This document shows, piece by piece, positions 47,936-62,728 of a stretch of 64,000 nucleotides of DNA. Positions within the stretch are counted from its first letter, which is position 1. The number at the start of each line of letters is the position of its first letter. Origin of the DNA: the human T2T-CHM13v2.0 reference genome, Homo sapiens; NCBI RefSeq assembly GCF_009914755.1, contig NC_060927.1, one strand, 5' to 3'. The notes beneath the pieces were generated by a model that saw nothing but the letters and a program-made list of their open reading frames with translations, made no database searches and had not been told where the DNA came from. A program made the position numbers and the translations under genes.

Positions 47936-48527
47936 CCAAGACCACATGGCTTCACAGCTGGTGGGGACGGGACCCCTGCCCTTGGGCAGCTTATGACCTG
48001 TCACGGGAGACGAACATGCAAGAAAACGGCATTAGCAGGACAGGGAACATGCTGTCGTGGGTGTGAGCAAAGCCTGCAGAAACAAACTTCATCCTGGCTA
48101 TTGCCAGAGGCTCCACTGAAGATGTGGCGATTGTCCTGGGCAGCTGTGTTCACCAGAACTCTTCTGGTTCAACGGGCAGCAGGGACAGCATGCTGGCTCA
48201 AATTGGCCCAAGGAAAGAGGCATGTATGGGCGCCCACAGCAGAAGAGGGCTGGGCCTTGGGTGTGGCTGGGCCCCAGCACTTCAGTGATGGCCTCAGGCC
48301 CTGTCCCTCTCCAGCTCTTGGCTCTCTCTTCCTCTGTTTGGGCTCTGGTCTTGGGCAGGCTCTCTCTGTGGCATCACAACTCCAGGCTGTGGCCTCTCTT
48401 CAGCCACACCGGCGAGAGAGATGTTTTGTTTCCAACAACTGCTGCCAAAGTCCGGGATTTTGCCTTATTTGTGTCTGCCGAGGTCAGGTACCCATCACTG
48501 AACAATGGAAAGAAATGCAGTGATTAG

Positions 48528-49205
<678 letters not shown>

Positions 49206-49740
49206 CCAGCTTGTTTTGAGGGAAGGGATGAGAAATGTGCCTGCAGACATTGGGGGCATCTTGTCAGCCATGAGGAGAAGCCAGTGTGAAGGGTGAGGCT
49301 GACCCAGGAGGAGGGAGGTCAAGGTAAGAAGAGGGTGTGTGGCCATGACAATACTACTGAGTCATACCTGAAGTTGATGTCCCCCATCCATGCCCTAGAT
49401 CCATGAGCCAGTAGTGAAGGACCTGGCTCTGCCATGCAGGGTTAGTGTGGACCAGATTGGGCCTTGAACCTGGGGTGGGATCTGGCACCCGACTTACCTG
49501 TGTGAGCCTGGAACAGTGTCCCAGCTCCCTGCCCAGCACTGCATGCATGGAATCATGTATGTAATGTGCCAGGCCTGTGTCACATGCTCAGTAATGTGAA
49601 TTCCCATCCCCCCTTCTTCTGCAGGCATCTTCCCACGGGGTCTGCCCCAATCTCCCTGCCCACATCACAGCACCAGAAATCCCACAAGCTCCCTCATCTG
49701 TAAAGTGGGGATAACGATTCCTCCTGCACAGGCAGGAGGA

Positions 49741-49992
49741 ATGTCTGCATGCATGTAACATGTGTATACGTGTTATGGATGTTATGGATGTCATGCTTGC
49801 GTGTCGTGCATATGTTATGTGTGTGTTGTGTCTACGTGTCATGTATTATGCCATGTATGTTTGTGTGCTACATATATAGTAGCGTGTATGTTTATATGTA
49901 TGATATACGTGTGTGGTATATGTATGTGTGCATGCACGTCATGTATGCATGTGTCATGTATGTCTGCATGTGTGATGCATTATTTGCTTTGT
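49741..49992. repeat. Degenerate (TG/TA/CATG)n simple repeat
   Basis: Direct reading; lies within a MIR-like context. Confidence 0.85.
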
Positions 49993-50036
49993 GACGTGCA
50001 CCTCACAGTGAGGAGTGGATGGCACAGAAGCTAGAA

Positions 50037-50454
50037 TGACATAGTTTGGATTTGCGTCCCCTCCAAACCTCAAGTTGAAACTTGATCCTCGGTGTTGGAG
50101 GTGGGCATGGTGGGAGGTGTCTGGGTCACGAGGGATCCCTCATGAGTGGCGTCGTGCCCTCCCCACAGTGATGCGTGAGTTCTCGTTCCATGAGTTCCTG
50201 CGAGATCTGGTTGTCAGAAGGAGCTTGGCACCTCCCCTCTCCCTCTCTCTCTCTTTATCTCAGTGCGACCTCTGCACATGCAGCTCCACCTCACCTCTGC
50301 CATGAGTGGAAGCTTCCTGAGGCCTCCCCAGAAGCAGAAGCTGCTGCTGTGCTTTCTGTGCAGCCTGCAAAACTGTGAGCCAAACAAACCTCTTTTCTTT
50401 ATCAATTCCCCAGACTCAGGTGTTCCTGTATAGAGACGCAAATGGTCTGAGACC
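50037..50454 (+). mobile_element. MSTB-like MaLR solo LTR
   Basis: TAGTTTGGATTTGCGTCCCCTCCAAACCTC, GAGTGGAAGCTTCCTGAGGCC and AACTGTGAGCCAAACAAACCTCTTTTC. Confidence 0.85.
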
Positions 50455-52752
50455 TAGCACTGAGCCTGTGCATGGTGAGTGCTTGGAAACCGCACTGACC
50501 ACCAGCACCCATGTGTGGGCACTGTTCGAGGCACGTGCTGTCTGCTGGCTCCTTTAGTCCTCATTGCAGCCGAGGGTGGTGTGATCAGTATCCATGGCAA
50601 GGATACCGTGGCTCCACATATCAGTAAGAGGCGGGCTTGGGGGCCACACTGATCACCTGCTCTGCCTTGATGCAGGGCACAGCCACCGTTACCCTGTGGA
50701 GCAGCCTGCACTGCTTGTCTTGGTGAGGCTGGCCTCGTGCCCGTTCTCTCTTTGTTCTCTCTGGGAAGTTCTCTCCCAGGTCCTTTCCTCTCAGCTGATC
50801 AATAGCATCTTGAGCGGACTCAGCCTGGAAATTCTCATCCAATGGTTTCCTTAGCAACCAGCCCACAGGCAGCTGCCCTCGGTCAGCCTGCTTTCTGATC
50901 TGAAACTCAACTTAGAGCCCAAAGGCTTTCCTCAGATACCCTTTCCAGCACGTCCCCTGCCTGGCTGGGGGCTACAGGGTCCCTGTCCATCCTCCCTTCA
51001 AGTAGGTGATGCTGATGGGGCTTCCTGCAGAGCCGGGTGAGCACAGCTGGGGCCCTAGGCAGGGCTGCAGGTAGACCTGGGTTCAGAGGCTTGGGCCGGG
51101 GTGTTTATGAGTGGGATGATGACTAGGTGTCTGTTTTAGACCAGGGCAGGCACGTAGTCCCGGTTATGTGACCACCGATGTGACCTGGCCACTGGGCAAC
51201 CAGAACAGCAGCCAACCATGCGCAGTGGGTGCTGGGCCACCCGTAACACCCTGGGAGTCAGGGCTCCTGTTATCCCCTGCAGAGAGGAGGAAGCTGACTG
51301 AGGGAGCAGGGCACACAGGGAGGGAGGCCAGAGCGGGAGGTGAACCCTGTTGTGTTCGAGTACAAAACTCAGGTCCTCCTGGAAGGGTGGCCTGAAGTCA
51401 GTGGGCCCCAGAGGGTGTCTAGAGAGGCTGTGACATTGACAGGCCCAGTGGACAATGCCTGGGATATGGGCCAGAGCTGGGAATTGCAGCCCCCAGCCTG
51501 GAGCTCCTTTGTGGCCACTGCCTACCCCACGTGCATCCAAGCACTCCAGGCTGTGCACAACCTGAGCAATCCTGTGCAGAAGAGGCACGGCAACCCAACA
51601 GGGATGTGCCAACTGGGAATTCACGAAAAGCAGGGGTAAGGAGAAACAGAGCTCCTGATTCCCAGGAACCACTGGAGGTGTTGCGTGGGTGCCTGGGATG
51701 AGCCACAGGGGCTTGCAGGACACACAGGCCATGTCAGAAGATGGGCAGCTGGGGCTCCAACCCCCATGTGCTTGGTCCAAGCCATGGCATTTAGAAGCAA
51801 AGGCTCTGGAGTCAGGCTGGAGATTGAATTCTGGATCTGTCCTGCCTTGCTGGCTGTGTGTCCTCAGGTAAGCTACTTCCCTCTCTGTGCTCTGGTTTCC
51901 TCACTGTTGGGAACATTAAGAAATTTAATATTAGAAAAGCCTCCCAACAGTACTTGGCATACAGTAAGTGCTTCCCGGTGTTGGTTAAATAGAATGAGGC
52001 GGCCCCAGGGCCACTCTGGGTCACTCTGGCTCTGGACCTGGCCTTGTCCAAGCAGGCACCAGCAGCACTGTGTCCCAGCCTGTTTCCTCATGCATAGCTG
52101 TTCCCGGAACGGTCTCCCCTCAGAGCTCATAAACCCATGGGGGCTGTGCAGGGAGAGGGAGTCTGGAGACCGGGAACACCGGAAAGGACTCTTTCTGCTG
52201 CCTCCCTGGGCCCACCTTAAACACATACATGAACACGCACATACGTGCACATCCCTCGAGTGTGGGCAGGTACGTAGACTAGACTTACTGCGAACCCAGC
52301 AGTGCTGGGCGCTGGCAGGCCAGGCATTCGAATATCCACCAGAGACCCTTCGAGGGCCCTGATTTTCCTGTGTGTGGCTCTAGGACAGGACTGGCTGTCA
52401 AAGTTGTTTGGACCTTGGCATCCCACCCTTGCACCCTGCTGCACCAGGAGCCACCACCCAGGCTGGAGAGACGGGGCTGCTGGTAGGGTCCACCTGCAGC
52501 TGGCTTTTCTTAGCTAAGCAGCAGTGGTGTGACTGCCTCCCCAACCACCGCCACCCCCCACCAGGCAAATTAAAGTCACAGGATGACACTGGTATTTCCC
52601 ATTCATTAGCAAAGATTAAAAACCTGAGGACACCCAACATGAGTGAAGGTGTATTCAGATGGGCATGCTTGGCCTTGGCAGGTGGGCATGTGAATTGGCC
52701 CAGCCTTTCTGGTGGTAATTTGGTTAATCTACCAATGCCTTGAAAACGTTAA

Positions 52753-52941
52753 GGCTGGGTATGGTGGTGCACATTTGTAGTCCCAGCTACTCAGGAGGCT
52801 GAGGCGGGAGGATTGCTTGAGCATAGGAGGTCAAGGCTGCAGTGAGCCATGATCAAGCCACTTAACTCCAGTCTGAGTGACAGAGTGAGACCCTGTCTCA
52901 AATAAAATTAAAAAAAATAAAAATAAAAATAAAAATAAAAA
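52753..52941 (+). mobile_element. Alu monomer (FRAM/AluJo right arm) within an L1 fragment
   Basis: Single arm plus (AAAAAT)n tail; AAAACGTT/AAAATGTT flanks. Confidence 0.8.
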
Positions 52942-53039
52942 TGTTTATACCCTTGAATCTAGAAATTCCACATCTGGGGATCGGTTCTAAGGCGATCGTT
53001 TTCTTACCCCACTCCTCCATACAAAAGGCGATCTGTCTT

Positions 53040-53245
53040 CTGGGCTAGAGCCAGCTTATTCTGGCTCTTGAGAGATGAGTGTTAAGTATTCTGGACAATT
53101 CACCAGTCAGTTGTTAGACTGTTGGTAGCTTGGCCCAGCCACGGTGCGATATTTACACCATGAGCATTGGCAATGGCTACGGCTCAGAGCTCTGCATTTT
53201 TCTGGAGAGCTGGTTTGTCAGCTCACCAGGCGCTCACCAGCCATG
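53040..53245 (+). mobile_element. MER63-like hAT element
   Basis: GAGCCAGCTTATTCTGGCTCTTGAGAG...GTTGGTAGCTTG...ATTTACACCA. Confidence 0.6.
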
Positions 53246-54656
53246 CTATTCTGTAGCCACTCACTCATCTCGACGTCCCAGTGAGGACAAGGTCCAGTGC
53301 GTATGTGAGGTGGACACAGCAGGCTGCATGCTGCGGATTGTGGGGAAAACGGAGCGAGTGTTAGAGTGTGTGTGTTTAGATGTGTGTGGAAAGCCTCTTA
53401 GAGGAGACACAGTGCCCGGGACCGGATGCTGCCTTGGGACACGAAGACAGTGGGAATGAGGGAGAGAAACTCACTTTTTCTATATATCCTTTTGTAGTCT
53501 TTGAATTGTTTCCACATTCCAATTTTTTTTTTAATGTAAAAGACAATAAAAAAGAAAAATCTTTTTTCACAGTTATGTTCTTGTTGTGAGTTGTTTGTGA
53601 GTGTGAAAAATAAGACAACATAGCTGTCCGTGTAAAAGGGAAGACTGAGTAAATCCAGCACAGTGGCTCCAGGCTGGGACACCGTGGGCTTATTACAAGT
53701 GGGTGTTCACGATTATTATCGCAATGGGGAAGCTGCTACTGAGTTTACCTGCAGTAAAGCCTGTTCGACAGTTGTATACACAGTATTATCTTGATAGCAA
53801 AAAAACCCCAAACACATTGGTGGGAAATATTCCAAACCATAAACAGGGTGTTTCTGGTTGGTATTGTTATGAACAATTTCAATTTTCTTTTGTATTTTTT
53901 TCCTGTACTTTTCCAATTTCCTATGTTGACTATGAGTTACTTTTGTACCCACTCCCCCCAAAATTCTGTGTTTTGGTACAAGAGCTGAGGCCAGGCAAAT
54001 TGTATCCGCCACAATCCTGGCAGGTCACACCACCCTTGCTGCTGGCCTGGACCTTCCACAGCCTTCCTGGTGCAAGGTCTGTGTTTACGTGTCCTTCCGA
54101 CCACTGCGCCCTCACCTGCCCTGACTGCGGTCCTGGCCCCATCTCTCCCCTCTTGGTGTGCCTGTGACCACAGGGGCCACTCCTTCCACCCTGGCTCAGC
54201 CCCTGGGAGCACCCTGGGCCTGGAGCGAGCCTCTGGGCCAGGCTTCCCTCAGTTGCAGAGGGGACGATGACAAAGCCTCCCCTCCTGCGGTGCCATGACA
54301 GTGAAGCACAGTGTGTGGGCCATGCCACAGGACTGGACAGACACATGGCACAGTTCAACGAACCAAATGGAACCTGGCTTGGCCAGAGGTGGAAGGAAAA
54401 TCCCATTTCAGGCATTTTTTGGGGTCTCCCTCCCTAGTGTCACATGAATCCCAAGGAAGAGGGGCTGAGGGTCTCACAGTGACCCAAGAGTCTGCCGGGA
54501 GTTTTCTGGGGCTTCTCCTTGTCTACACTGATGGGTCCTTTTAAATGGGGTGTCTCTAATGGGGGCTTGGAAGATAGCAATTCCAGAATGCAAAAAAATC
54601 CACCACAAAACCCACAAAACACTGTCTTTCTGTTATGCCCGAGTCACATAACGGGG

Positions 54657-54920
54657 GGTAGTTCCTCCTTATCCACAGTTTCAGTTACCCGTGGCCAATC
54701 ACCATCCAAAAATAGGTAAGGGTAGTTCAAGAAGATATTTGGAGACAGAGAGAGGCCACATTGGCGTGATTATGCCATATTGTCATGATTGATCTGTTTT
54801 ATTATTGGCTGTTGTTATTCATCTCTTACTGTGCCTAATTCAGAAATGAAACCTTGCCACAGAAATGTAAGTGTAGTGGATGTGGGGTTTGGTGCTAGCC
54901 AGATGAGGGGGAACCACTGT
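54657..54920 (+). mobile_element. MER44A (TcMar-Tigger)
   Basis: CCTTATCCACAGTTTCAGTTACCCG...CCAAAAATAGGT...ATCTCTTACTGTGCCTAATT. Confidence 0.75.
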
Positions 54921-57889
54921 ATTTAGGAAAATTTGCCAGGCGTCCAGTCCCTGGGATCTGGGGTTCAAGCCTGGCTTTACCAAGGCCACTGTGTGCCTCT
55001 GTGCCAGTGACTTCACCTCCTTGTGCCTTAGTTTTCTCACTGTGAAAGGGGACCTGGTGCACTCACCACAGAGAGAGGTTGTTCGGATTAAGTGAGGTGA
55101 CGCAGGCACCCTGCCATGCAGCCGCCTGGGCCTGTGCCCTCCTGGTCTGGAGTCCACCTCTCCCAGGAGGGGTCACTGCTGCTGTGTGTGCCCTGGGGGC
55201 CCCCAACTCCTGCGCATCCCTTCTTCCCGAGCCCTGGCGGTAGGCCCGGCATTGCTGTCCCCTCCCACACGTTTTGTCTCTCATTTCTGGGGTAACATTT
55301 GAACATCTGTGTATTTCACATAAGAATCTTGATTTCTAGTTTCTCCTAAACTGTCAGAGCCACCTGGCCGGACTTGGCTACTGGGACGCTCACTAGGTTA
55401 GGGAGGGCCGCCTCCTTGTGGGCGAGGGACCTGCAGGCTGGCCTCCCGCCTGGCCCCTGGGGCCTCTGGGCCCTCACCTGATAGCACTTTTCCTGAATGG
55501 AGTGGGCTGGCTTCTGGATGAGGTGGGGACAAATACCTCACAGGCTTCTCCTCTTTCCTGACCCCACACCCAATGCCTAGGCTGAAATTGGCCTGGGGCG
55601 ATCTCAGGAAATGAAAGGCACACTTCCTAGAAGGGCAGTGGGGGTGGCCTCTGAACTCACTCCCTGCCACAGGCTCAGCATGTTGCCTGTGTGCGGAGAG
55701 GAGCAGACGTCCTCAGGCCACTGCTCTGAGTGTCCTGGAGCCTGGCAGAGTGCTCACACTGACCCCGCGGTGAAGGGAGGGTTGGGGGACAAGGCATGGG
55801 CCTGGGGGACGTGAGCTCGTGCCTGGGACTCCAGGCTGGCAGGCAGCTGGCAGGCCACCCCTCCCCAGCCTGGAGGGGACCAGCAAGGTTCTCTCTTGCA
55901 TCCCTCTGGAACCTGGGTCCCTAGCTCCTGCCTGCCCCACCCTCTGTCCACAGGTCCCTTGACCAATACCTGACCTTGACATCCTGTCACCATCCTTTGC
56001 GTGTTAGTGGCATCATTTACATTGATTAATGACACCAGAGAAGCCCCTGTGTTTCTGTCTCACTCTAAAATCTTAATTACGCCTCTGGAGGTCCTACAGT
56101 CTACATCTGTGATGGGGCTTCATTTCTGCCAAGGCCTGCAGGCAGCATCTGGCCAGTGGTCCACTGGGACCTCTGACTCATTCTTTCTGTTGTCTGTTCT
56201 GTTCCAAGCTCCAGGCTGGGCTGAGGACACAGAGGTGAACACAAAGTTCTATGCCTGCCCTCAAGGAACTCCCAGGGTGGTGGGGTTGGAGGAGACACAC
56301 GTGTGTACAAATAATTAGAATTCAGAGGGGCATCGGGTCCTTGCTGTAAAAGAAAGAAGCCCGGGTCTGGGGGACGCTGGAGGAAGCACCTGGCTCAGGC
56401 TGCAGAGCCAAGAGGGCTCCCTGGAGGAGGGGACACCTGGGCTGGTGTTGAAAGACATGTTTGCAGGCTACAGGGAGAGAGCTGTGCAGTGGGCACAGCA
56501 GCTGTGAAGGTGATGACTGGGGGCAGGGAGGAAGGGGCCGGGAGGCGAGGGTGTGGAGGAGGGCTGAGGCTGGGTCCAGTCTCACAGATGGCTGGCTCCT
56601 CTTTAAGGTGCCTTTATGGTGTTACCAGAGGCCAATGCCAGGAGGGGTGGGACAGAGAGCCCAGCTCAGGACTCTGTCAGACCAGGGCCATGATTCCAGC
56701 TCCTCATTTCCAGCCAAGTGACCCTGGTGCATCATACACCTCTCTGGGCTGCAGCGTCCTCATCGGTGAAATGGAATCTATGAGAGTTTCAGGTGGGGGC
56801 TGTCCACACAGGGACGGCTGCAGGAGGGGGTCTCTCCTCTGTCCCCCAGCTGAACCCTGAAGGTGGCCCTCATTGGTGCCCTCCTCCCTCTCAGGAGACT
56901 GTGTCAAATGCCACAGGGAGCTGAGTTTGGCCCTGTCCCCTGGTTGGGGAGTTCTATGTATTTTTCGGGGCTATTGCCTGCAGAGGCCCTGGCAGATCTG
57001 CTCACCCTAGGCCCCCCAGGGAGGAAGAAGGGAGATGCAAGTAACTGCCCTCTCCTCTCTCCACCCAGGGCCAGCCCAGCTCTGTCCCTGCACTGGGCCC
57101 CCAGGGAGGGCTGCTCCCACAGGATCTAGGTCACAGGGCACGGCAGGAGGCTGGGTGAGTGCCCAGGGCTGGGGGCCACCTTCTCAAGGGCCTCTTGTAT
57201 CTGACTGAGGGCCATACCCAGTCCGCTCGGGTCACTATTACCATATAGCAAACTTCACGGTGTAAACCCAGATCACCTTGCTCCTGGATGTTCTGGTTCT
57301 AGGATTCCAGAAGGGTGCCTGGAGACAGCTCATCCGTGTTACGACAGGGGACAGAGAGCATACCTGCAAACCTGAGATGTGGGTTAATGGTTCCGAGATA
57401 AGCTCTGAGGCCAACTGGCCCTGGCTATAGTCACAGCCACAGCACGGGGGCCAGTTGCAGCATCAGTTATACAGTAATGCTGTGTCACAGCTGCCCCAAG
57501 CGCCAGGCCTCATAGTTGGCATTTACCCTCACCTCGGGCCCTGGCTGGGTGGCCCATCCTTCCTGCTCCTTGGACTGACAGCTGTCTGGGCAATCCTCAT
57601 GGCAGATTTTGGATGTTCCCTGAAGGTGCCTCTTAAAGCCTCAGCTTAGAACTCACACCTTCCACCTCTGACCATGTTCCAGTGGCCAGTGCAGGTCACA
57701 CCGGTGAGCTCCACATCACTGGGGTGGGGAGGACACTACACTCATGGAGGGGGAATGAAAATGATGAACAAAGGCTAATCCACCCCACTGGCTGTGTCAC
57801 CTCGGCCAGTTGCCTACCCTGTCCGTGTCTCTGTTTCCTCTCGTATTAAGTGGGGACATTAACCAGCCGTGACAGACCACTGTGGGAAA

Positions 57890-58200
57890 TTCACCTCCAA
57901 ACATTTCTCCTGTTTCCCGTGGTCGGGAATTCAGACAGGGCAAGGTGAGGATGGCTTGTCTCTGCTCTGTGATGTCTGGGGCCTCAGCTGGGAGACCTGA
58001 AGGCGGGGGTTTGTGGGCTGAGGGCAGAGCCATGTGAAGGCTTGCATGCACGCATGGCTGGCAGCTGTGCTGGGCCAGAGGGGGCTTTTAGCTGGAACAC
58101 CTGCATGTGGTGTCTCCATGACCTGGGCCCCCTTGTGATAGGGTGGCTGGGTTCCCAGGGTGAAGGTCCCCAGGGAGAGAGGGAGACAGCAAGGCGGGAG
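57890..58200 (-). mobile_element. MLT1 (G/H-like) LTR; further MLT1 fragments at ~57210-57780
   Basis: GGGAATTCAGACAGGGC...GATGGCTTGTCTCTGCTC...TGTCTGGGGCCTCAGCTGGG. Confidence 0.65.
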
Positions 58201-60522
58201 GGCGCCACAGGAGGCAGGAGGGCGCCACACCGTCCTTTTAGGACCTTGGTTTGGGAGATGCTCAGTGTCCTTCTGAGCCTTCTACTGTTTGCTGCTCCAA
58301 GCAGTTTCCTGTGGGTGTCGGGTGTAGGGTGGACCCCAGATGGGCTCTACTACCATCTGCTACCACAAGGTTACCTTCCTCATAGGGTCATTGTGAGGCA
58401 TTAATCTGTTAGATGATCCTCATAATGGACTTAAACCAATGCCTCATATGCAGTAAGCGTCTATTATGTTTACTATCATGATTATGAGAGAGAGCTGGAA
58501 GGAGTGGTCCCTGGTACTGTGGGAGCTTAGTAAGGGAGCCGTCACCTCATCTTGGGGAGGGGCAGTCAAGGAAGATTGACCTAAGGAGGGGCTATTTCAG
58601 CAGCAATCAAAGGCAGAGTGTCAGGGAACGGACTCCAGCCAGAGGCACAGCACATGCAAAGGCCCTGAGGCTGGCAGGGTGCGAGAGAAACAGAGGGGGA
58701 GAGAGAGAGAGAGAGCAGAATGAACTGAACAGAAATCTGGGTTCCAAGCCTGGTTTTCTCAGGACTAAATGAAGAAATGAAGCTTTGTGTCATCTGAGGA
58801 GGGGCTACCAGACCATGATTTTGCTGTGGCTGGGGCCTAAAGTAGGTCAGCCAGCCTCGTGTGGGGAGCAGCTAAGGAGGCCACAATGACCTGCTCCCTC
58901 CTGGCTAAGGGGGTAAGAGTGGAGGCTGCAGCTGAGAGCCCTCTCACCTGAGGAGCCTGCAGGCACTATGGCAACCCCACCCTGAACACCCCAGGGTGAG
59001 GCAGAGGACTGGGGTCCCCTGCCCCCTAACCTAGAGGCCCTAGCCTCCCAAGCCGACCTTCCACTGGGATGGCCTCTCGCCTCCTTAACTGTGGCCAACC
59101 CCGAAGTCTGAGGGCAAAGTCCATCCCCGCCTTAGTTTGGGCTCTGGTTGCACAGGGAGTGGGAAGACCCCATCTCTGAAGGCCTCCTCCCAGACCCCCA
59201 GACCTTCACCTGCCCTACCCTCAAGAAATACCCTGTCCAGTTCCATGGACATCCCCTAGGGACTGGGGCACAGTAGCTCAGCCCCCATGGGTGGGAGTGA
59301 ATGACACGGAGCAGCCCCTCCCTGTCCCTCACGCCACTGCCCAATGCAGCAGACGGGAAGGCTGCTCTGTGGCCTGCCTGGAGGGACAGCAGGAGAAAGA
59401 TTTAATTGCAGCCTGGCCCGTAGCCTCCTCTGCACTGACCTCCTGCCTCCTGCCGGCCACACCCCAGGCTGGGCATGCTTTAATTAAAGACCAAGAGCTG
59501 CCGAGAGGAGGCCCTGCTGTCCGCCTCCCACTGGCTGGTGCAGCTGCCACGTGATTACCAGCTGACCCTCTGCAGGGGTGAGGGGTCTGTGGCCTCGCAG
59601 AATCGATAGGGCAGTGGGCCACACTCTGGCTGGTGGGGGCCACAGTTGCTGGGCTGTTCTCTGATCCATCGACCCCAGACAGCAAGACACATGCCCTGGA
59701 GTTGTCCTTTGTAGAAAACTGGCCTTCCTGGGGGTACTCCGCTTCCTTTTCATCTCTGGGATGTCTGTGAGCCACATGGGTCGGGTGTAGGGCAGCTGTG
59801 CAATGAGACTGTGGCCAAACGATGCCAGAAGCCAGCATTGGTGGGTCTTCATCCATGGGAGCAGCACAGCGTGGAAGCTAAGAGAACAGACTCGGAGCCA
59901 CCACCTGGGTGCGTGTCTGTGGCTTCTTAACTGTGCAACCTTGGGCAAGTCACTCAACCTCTCTGAGTGACGCTCCTCATCTGTACATTGGAGAGATCCA
60001 CAGTGGCCTCTTGTGAGGACTGAATGAGTGGGCAGAGCGCCAAGTGGGTGGGTAGGCCCTGAGAATGCCCACTGTGTGTCCTCAGCCACCTCTGCGAGGC
60101 CCCGGGCTGGGGTGCATGTCCTGTACACGTGCACACTGACTGCTCACCCCTTTGAGCACCTGCTAGAGGGGCTCAGCCGCCTGGGGACAGGGCAGCCTGG
60201 AAGTTCATGGATGGAGTGCCCTGGGAACAGTCCTCGGTCCATGAAGAACAGAGCTGATGGATAAAGACCCCAGTTTCTCTGTCCTGTAGCCTCACAGGGG
60301 GCACTTCTTTTTTTAAAAAAAGTGTTTATACTGTTTTTATTTTATTTTGCACAGTTCTTTTTATCCTTAAGTTATATGTCATTAAGGATATACTATCTAA
60401 TGACTATTTTAAAATTTTGATTGTGGCAAAATACATATAATATTTTTCATCTTAACCATTGTTATGTTTGGTAGCGTTAAGTACATAATCACTGTTGTGC
60501 AACCCAACTCCAGAATTCTTTT

Positions 60523-60807
<285 letters not shown>

Positions 60808-61197
60808 CATAATTCTTTTTATCATGTAAAACTGAACCTCTGTCCCCATTAAACAATTTCCCCATCCCCCTGCCCTAGCCCCTGACACCCCCCAATCTAC
60901 TTTGTGTCTCTATGAATTTGACCACTCTAGTACCCCATGTAAGTGGGATCATACAGTGTTGGTCCTCCCGTGGCTGTCTTATTTCACCCAGCATAATATC
61001 CTCAAGGTTCACCCATGCAGTAGCAGGGGTCAGGATTTCCTTTCGTTATAAGGCTGAGTCAGTTTATTGTGTGTATACACCACACTTGAAAAAATAAATT
61101 CAGTCATCCATCAACACTTTTGGCCATTGTGAAAATATGATTATGAAAAATACTGCTTTTATATTGTGTACAAATATCTGATTGAATCCCTGTTTTC

Positions 61198-61532
61198 TTT
61201 TCTTTTTCTTTCTTTCTTTCTTTCTTTTTTTTTTTTTTTGAGACAGTGTCTCACTCTGCTATTGCCCAGGCTAGAGTTCAGTGGTGTGATCTCAGCTGAC
61301 CACAACCTCCGCCTCCCAGGCTCAAGGCTCAAGTGTTTCTCCTGCCTCAGCTTCCCGAGTAGCTGGGATTAGGGGTGCATGCCACTACCACCCAGCTAAT
61401 TTTTGTATTTTTAGTAGAGACAGGGTTTCACCATGTTTGCCAGGCTGGTCTCAAACTCCTGACTTCAAATAATCCAGTCACCTCGGCCTCCCAAAGTGCT
61501 GGGAGTACAGGCATGAGCCACCAGGCCCGGCC
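61198..61532 (-). mobile_element. AluS
   Basis: Dimer with (TTTC)n tail. Perfect 15-bp TSD TGAATCCCTGTTTTC (61183-61197 and 61533-61547). Confidence 0.92.
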
Positions 61533-62621
61533 TGAATCCCTGTTTTCAATTCTTTTGATCACACACCCCAAAATGGAGTTTCTGGGTCAAATAGTAATTA
61601 TATTTTTTGAGGAACCACTGTACTGTTTCCATAGCGGTTGCACCATTTGACATTCCCACCAACAGTGCACAGGGGTTCCTATGTCTCCATATTCTCATCA
61701 ACATCTGTTATTTTCTGCTTTTTTGATAGCAACTATCCTAATGGGTATGAAGTGGTGTTTTATTATGGTTTTGATTTGTAGTTCTTCAATGATTAGTCAT
61801 ATTGAGCATGTCTTCATGTGCTTTTTGGCCATTTGTATATCTTCTTTGGGGAAACATCTGTTCGAATCCCTTGCCCATTTTTGAATTGCTTGTGTGTGTT
61901 GTTGCTATTGAGTTGTAGGAGTTCTTTATATATTCTAGATATTAACCCCTTGTCAGATATATGATTTGCAAATATTTTCTTCCATTCTGCTGGTTTCCTT
62001 CTCACTCTGTTGATTGTGTTCTTCGATGCACAGAACTTTTAAAACTTAATGTAGTCCAGTTTATCAATTTTTGCTTTTGTAGCCTGTACTTTTGGTGTCA
62101 TATCTAAGAAATCATTGCCAAAGCCAATGTCATGAAGATTTTCCCCAGTGTTTTCTTCCAAGAGTTTTACAATTTTAGCTCTTACGTTTATGTCTCCCAT
62201 CTATTTTTGTATATGGTGTGAGGTAAGGGCCCAAATGTATTTTTTTTTGTATATGTATACAAAAATGTAAATTTTTGTATATGGTGTGAGGTAAGGGCCC
62301 AAATGTATTCTTTTGCTTTGGGAGATCCAGTTTTCCCAGCACCATTTGTTGAAAGGGTTGTCCTTTCTCCATTGAGAAGTCTGGGCAGCCTTGCTGAGGA
62401 GTACTGGACTGTATATGTGAGGGTCTGTTGCCATGGCAGGGGATCTGGGCATGTGCTCCAAGGCTTGTAGAGGCCCCAGTAGGATGGACCTTGGCCGCCC
62501 ACAGTGGTTGCTTGCTCAGAGCAAACTCTGTGCTGCCTGCTTTCCTCTGCATTTCACTCCCCCTCCCTTACTTACGTTTCCTGGATAGTTTCCCAAAAAA
62601 CCAACTACACCCAAGCCCTTG

Positions 62622-62728
62622 CTCACTGTGTTGCCCAGGCTGATTTTGACCTCCTGGACTCAAGTGATCCTCCCGCCTTAGCCTCCCAAAGTGCTGGGAT
62701 TACAAGTGTGAGCCACCCTGCCTGGCCC
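62622..62728 (-). mobile_element. Partial Alu left arm
   Basis: CTCAAGTGATCCTCCCGCCTTAGCCTCCCAAAGTGCTGGGATTACA. Confidence 0.85.

Noticed and set aside
47705-48523. Longest ORF in the track (272 aa)
   Set aside because: TTG start inside an LTR, no recognisable domain or exon structure; expected by chance in GC-rich DNA.
51340-51639. 99-aa ORF with protein-like composition
   Set aside because: GTG start, no recognisable homology and no supporting splice or promoter context.
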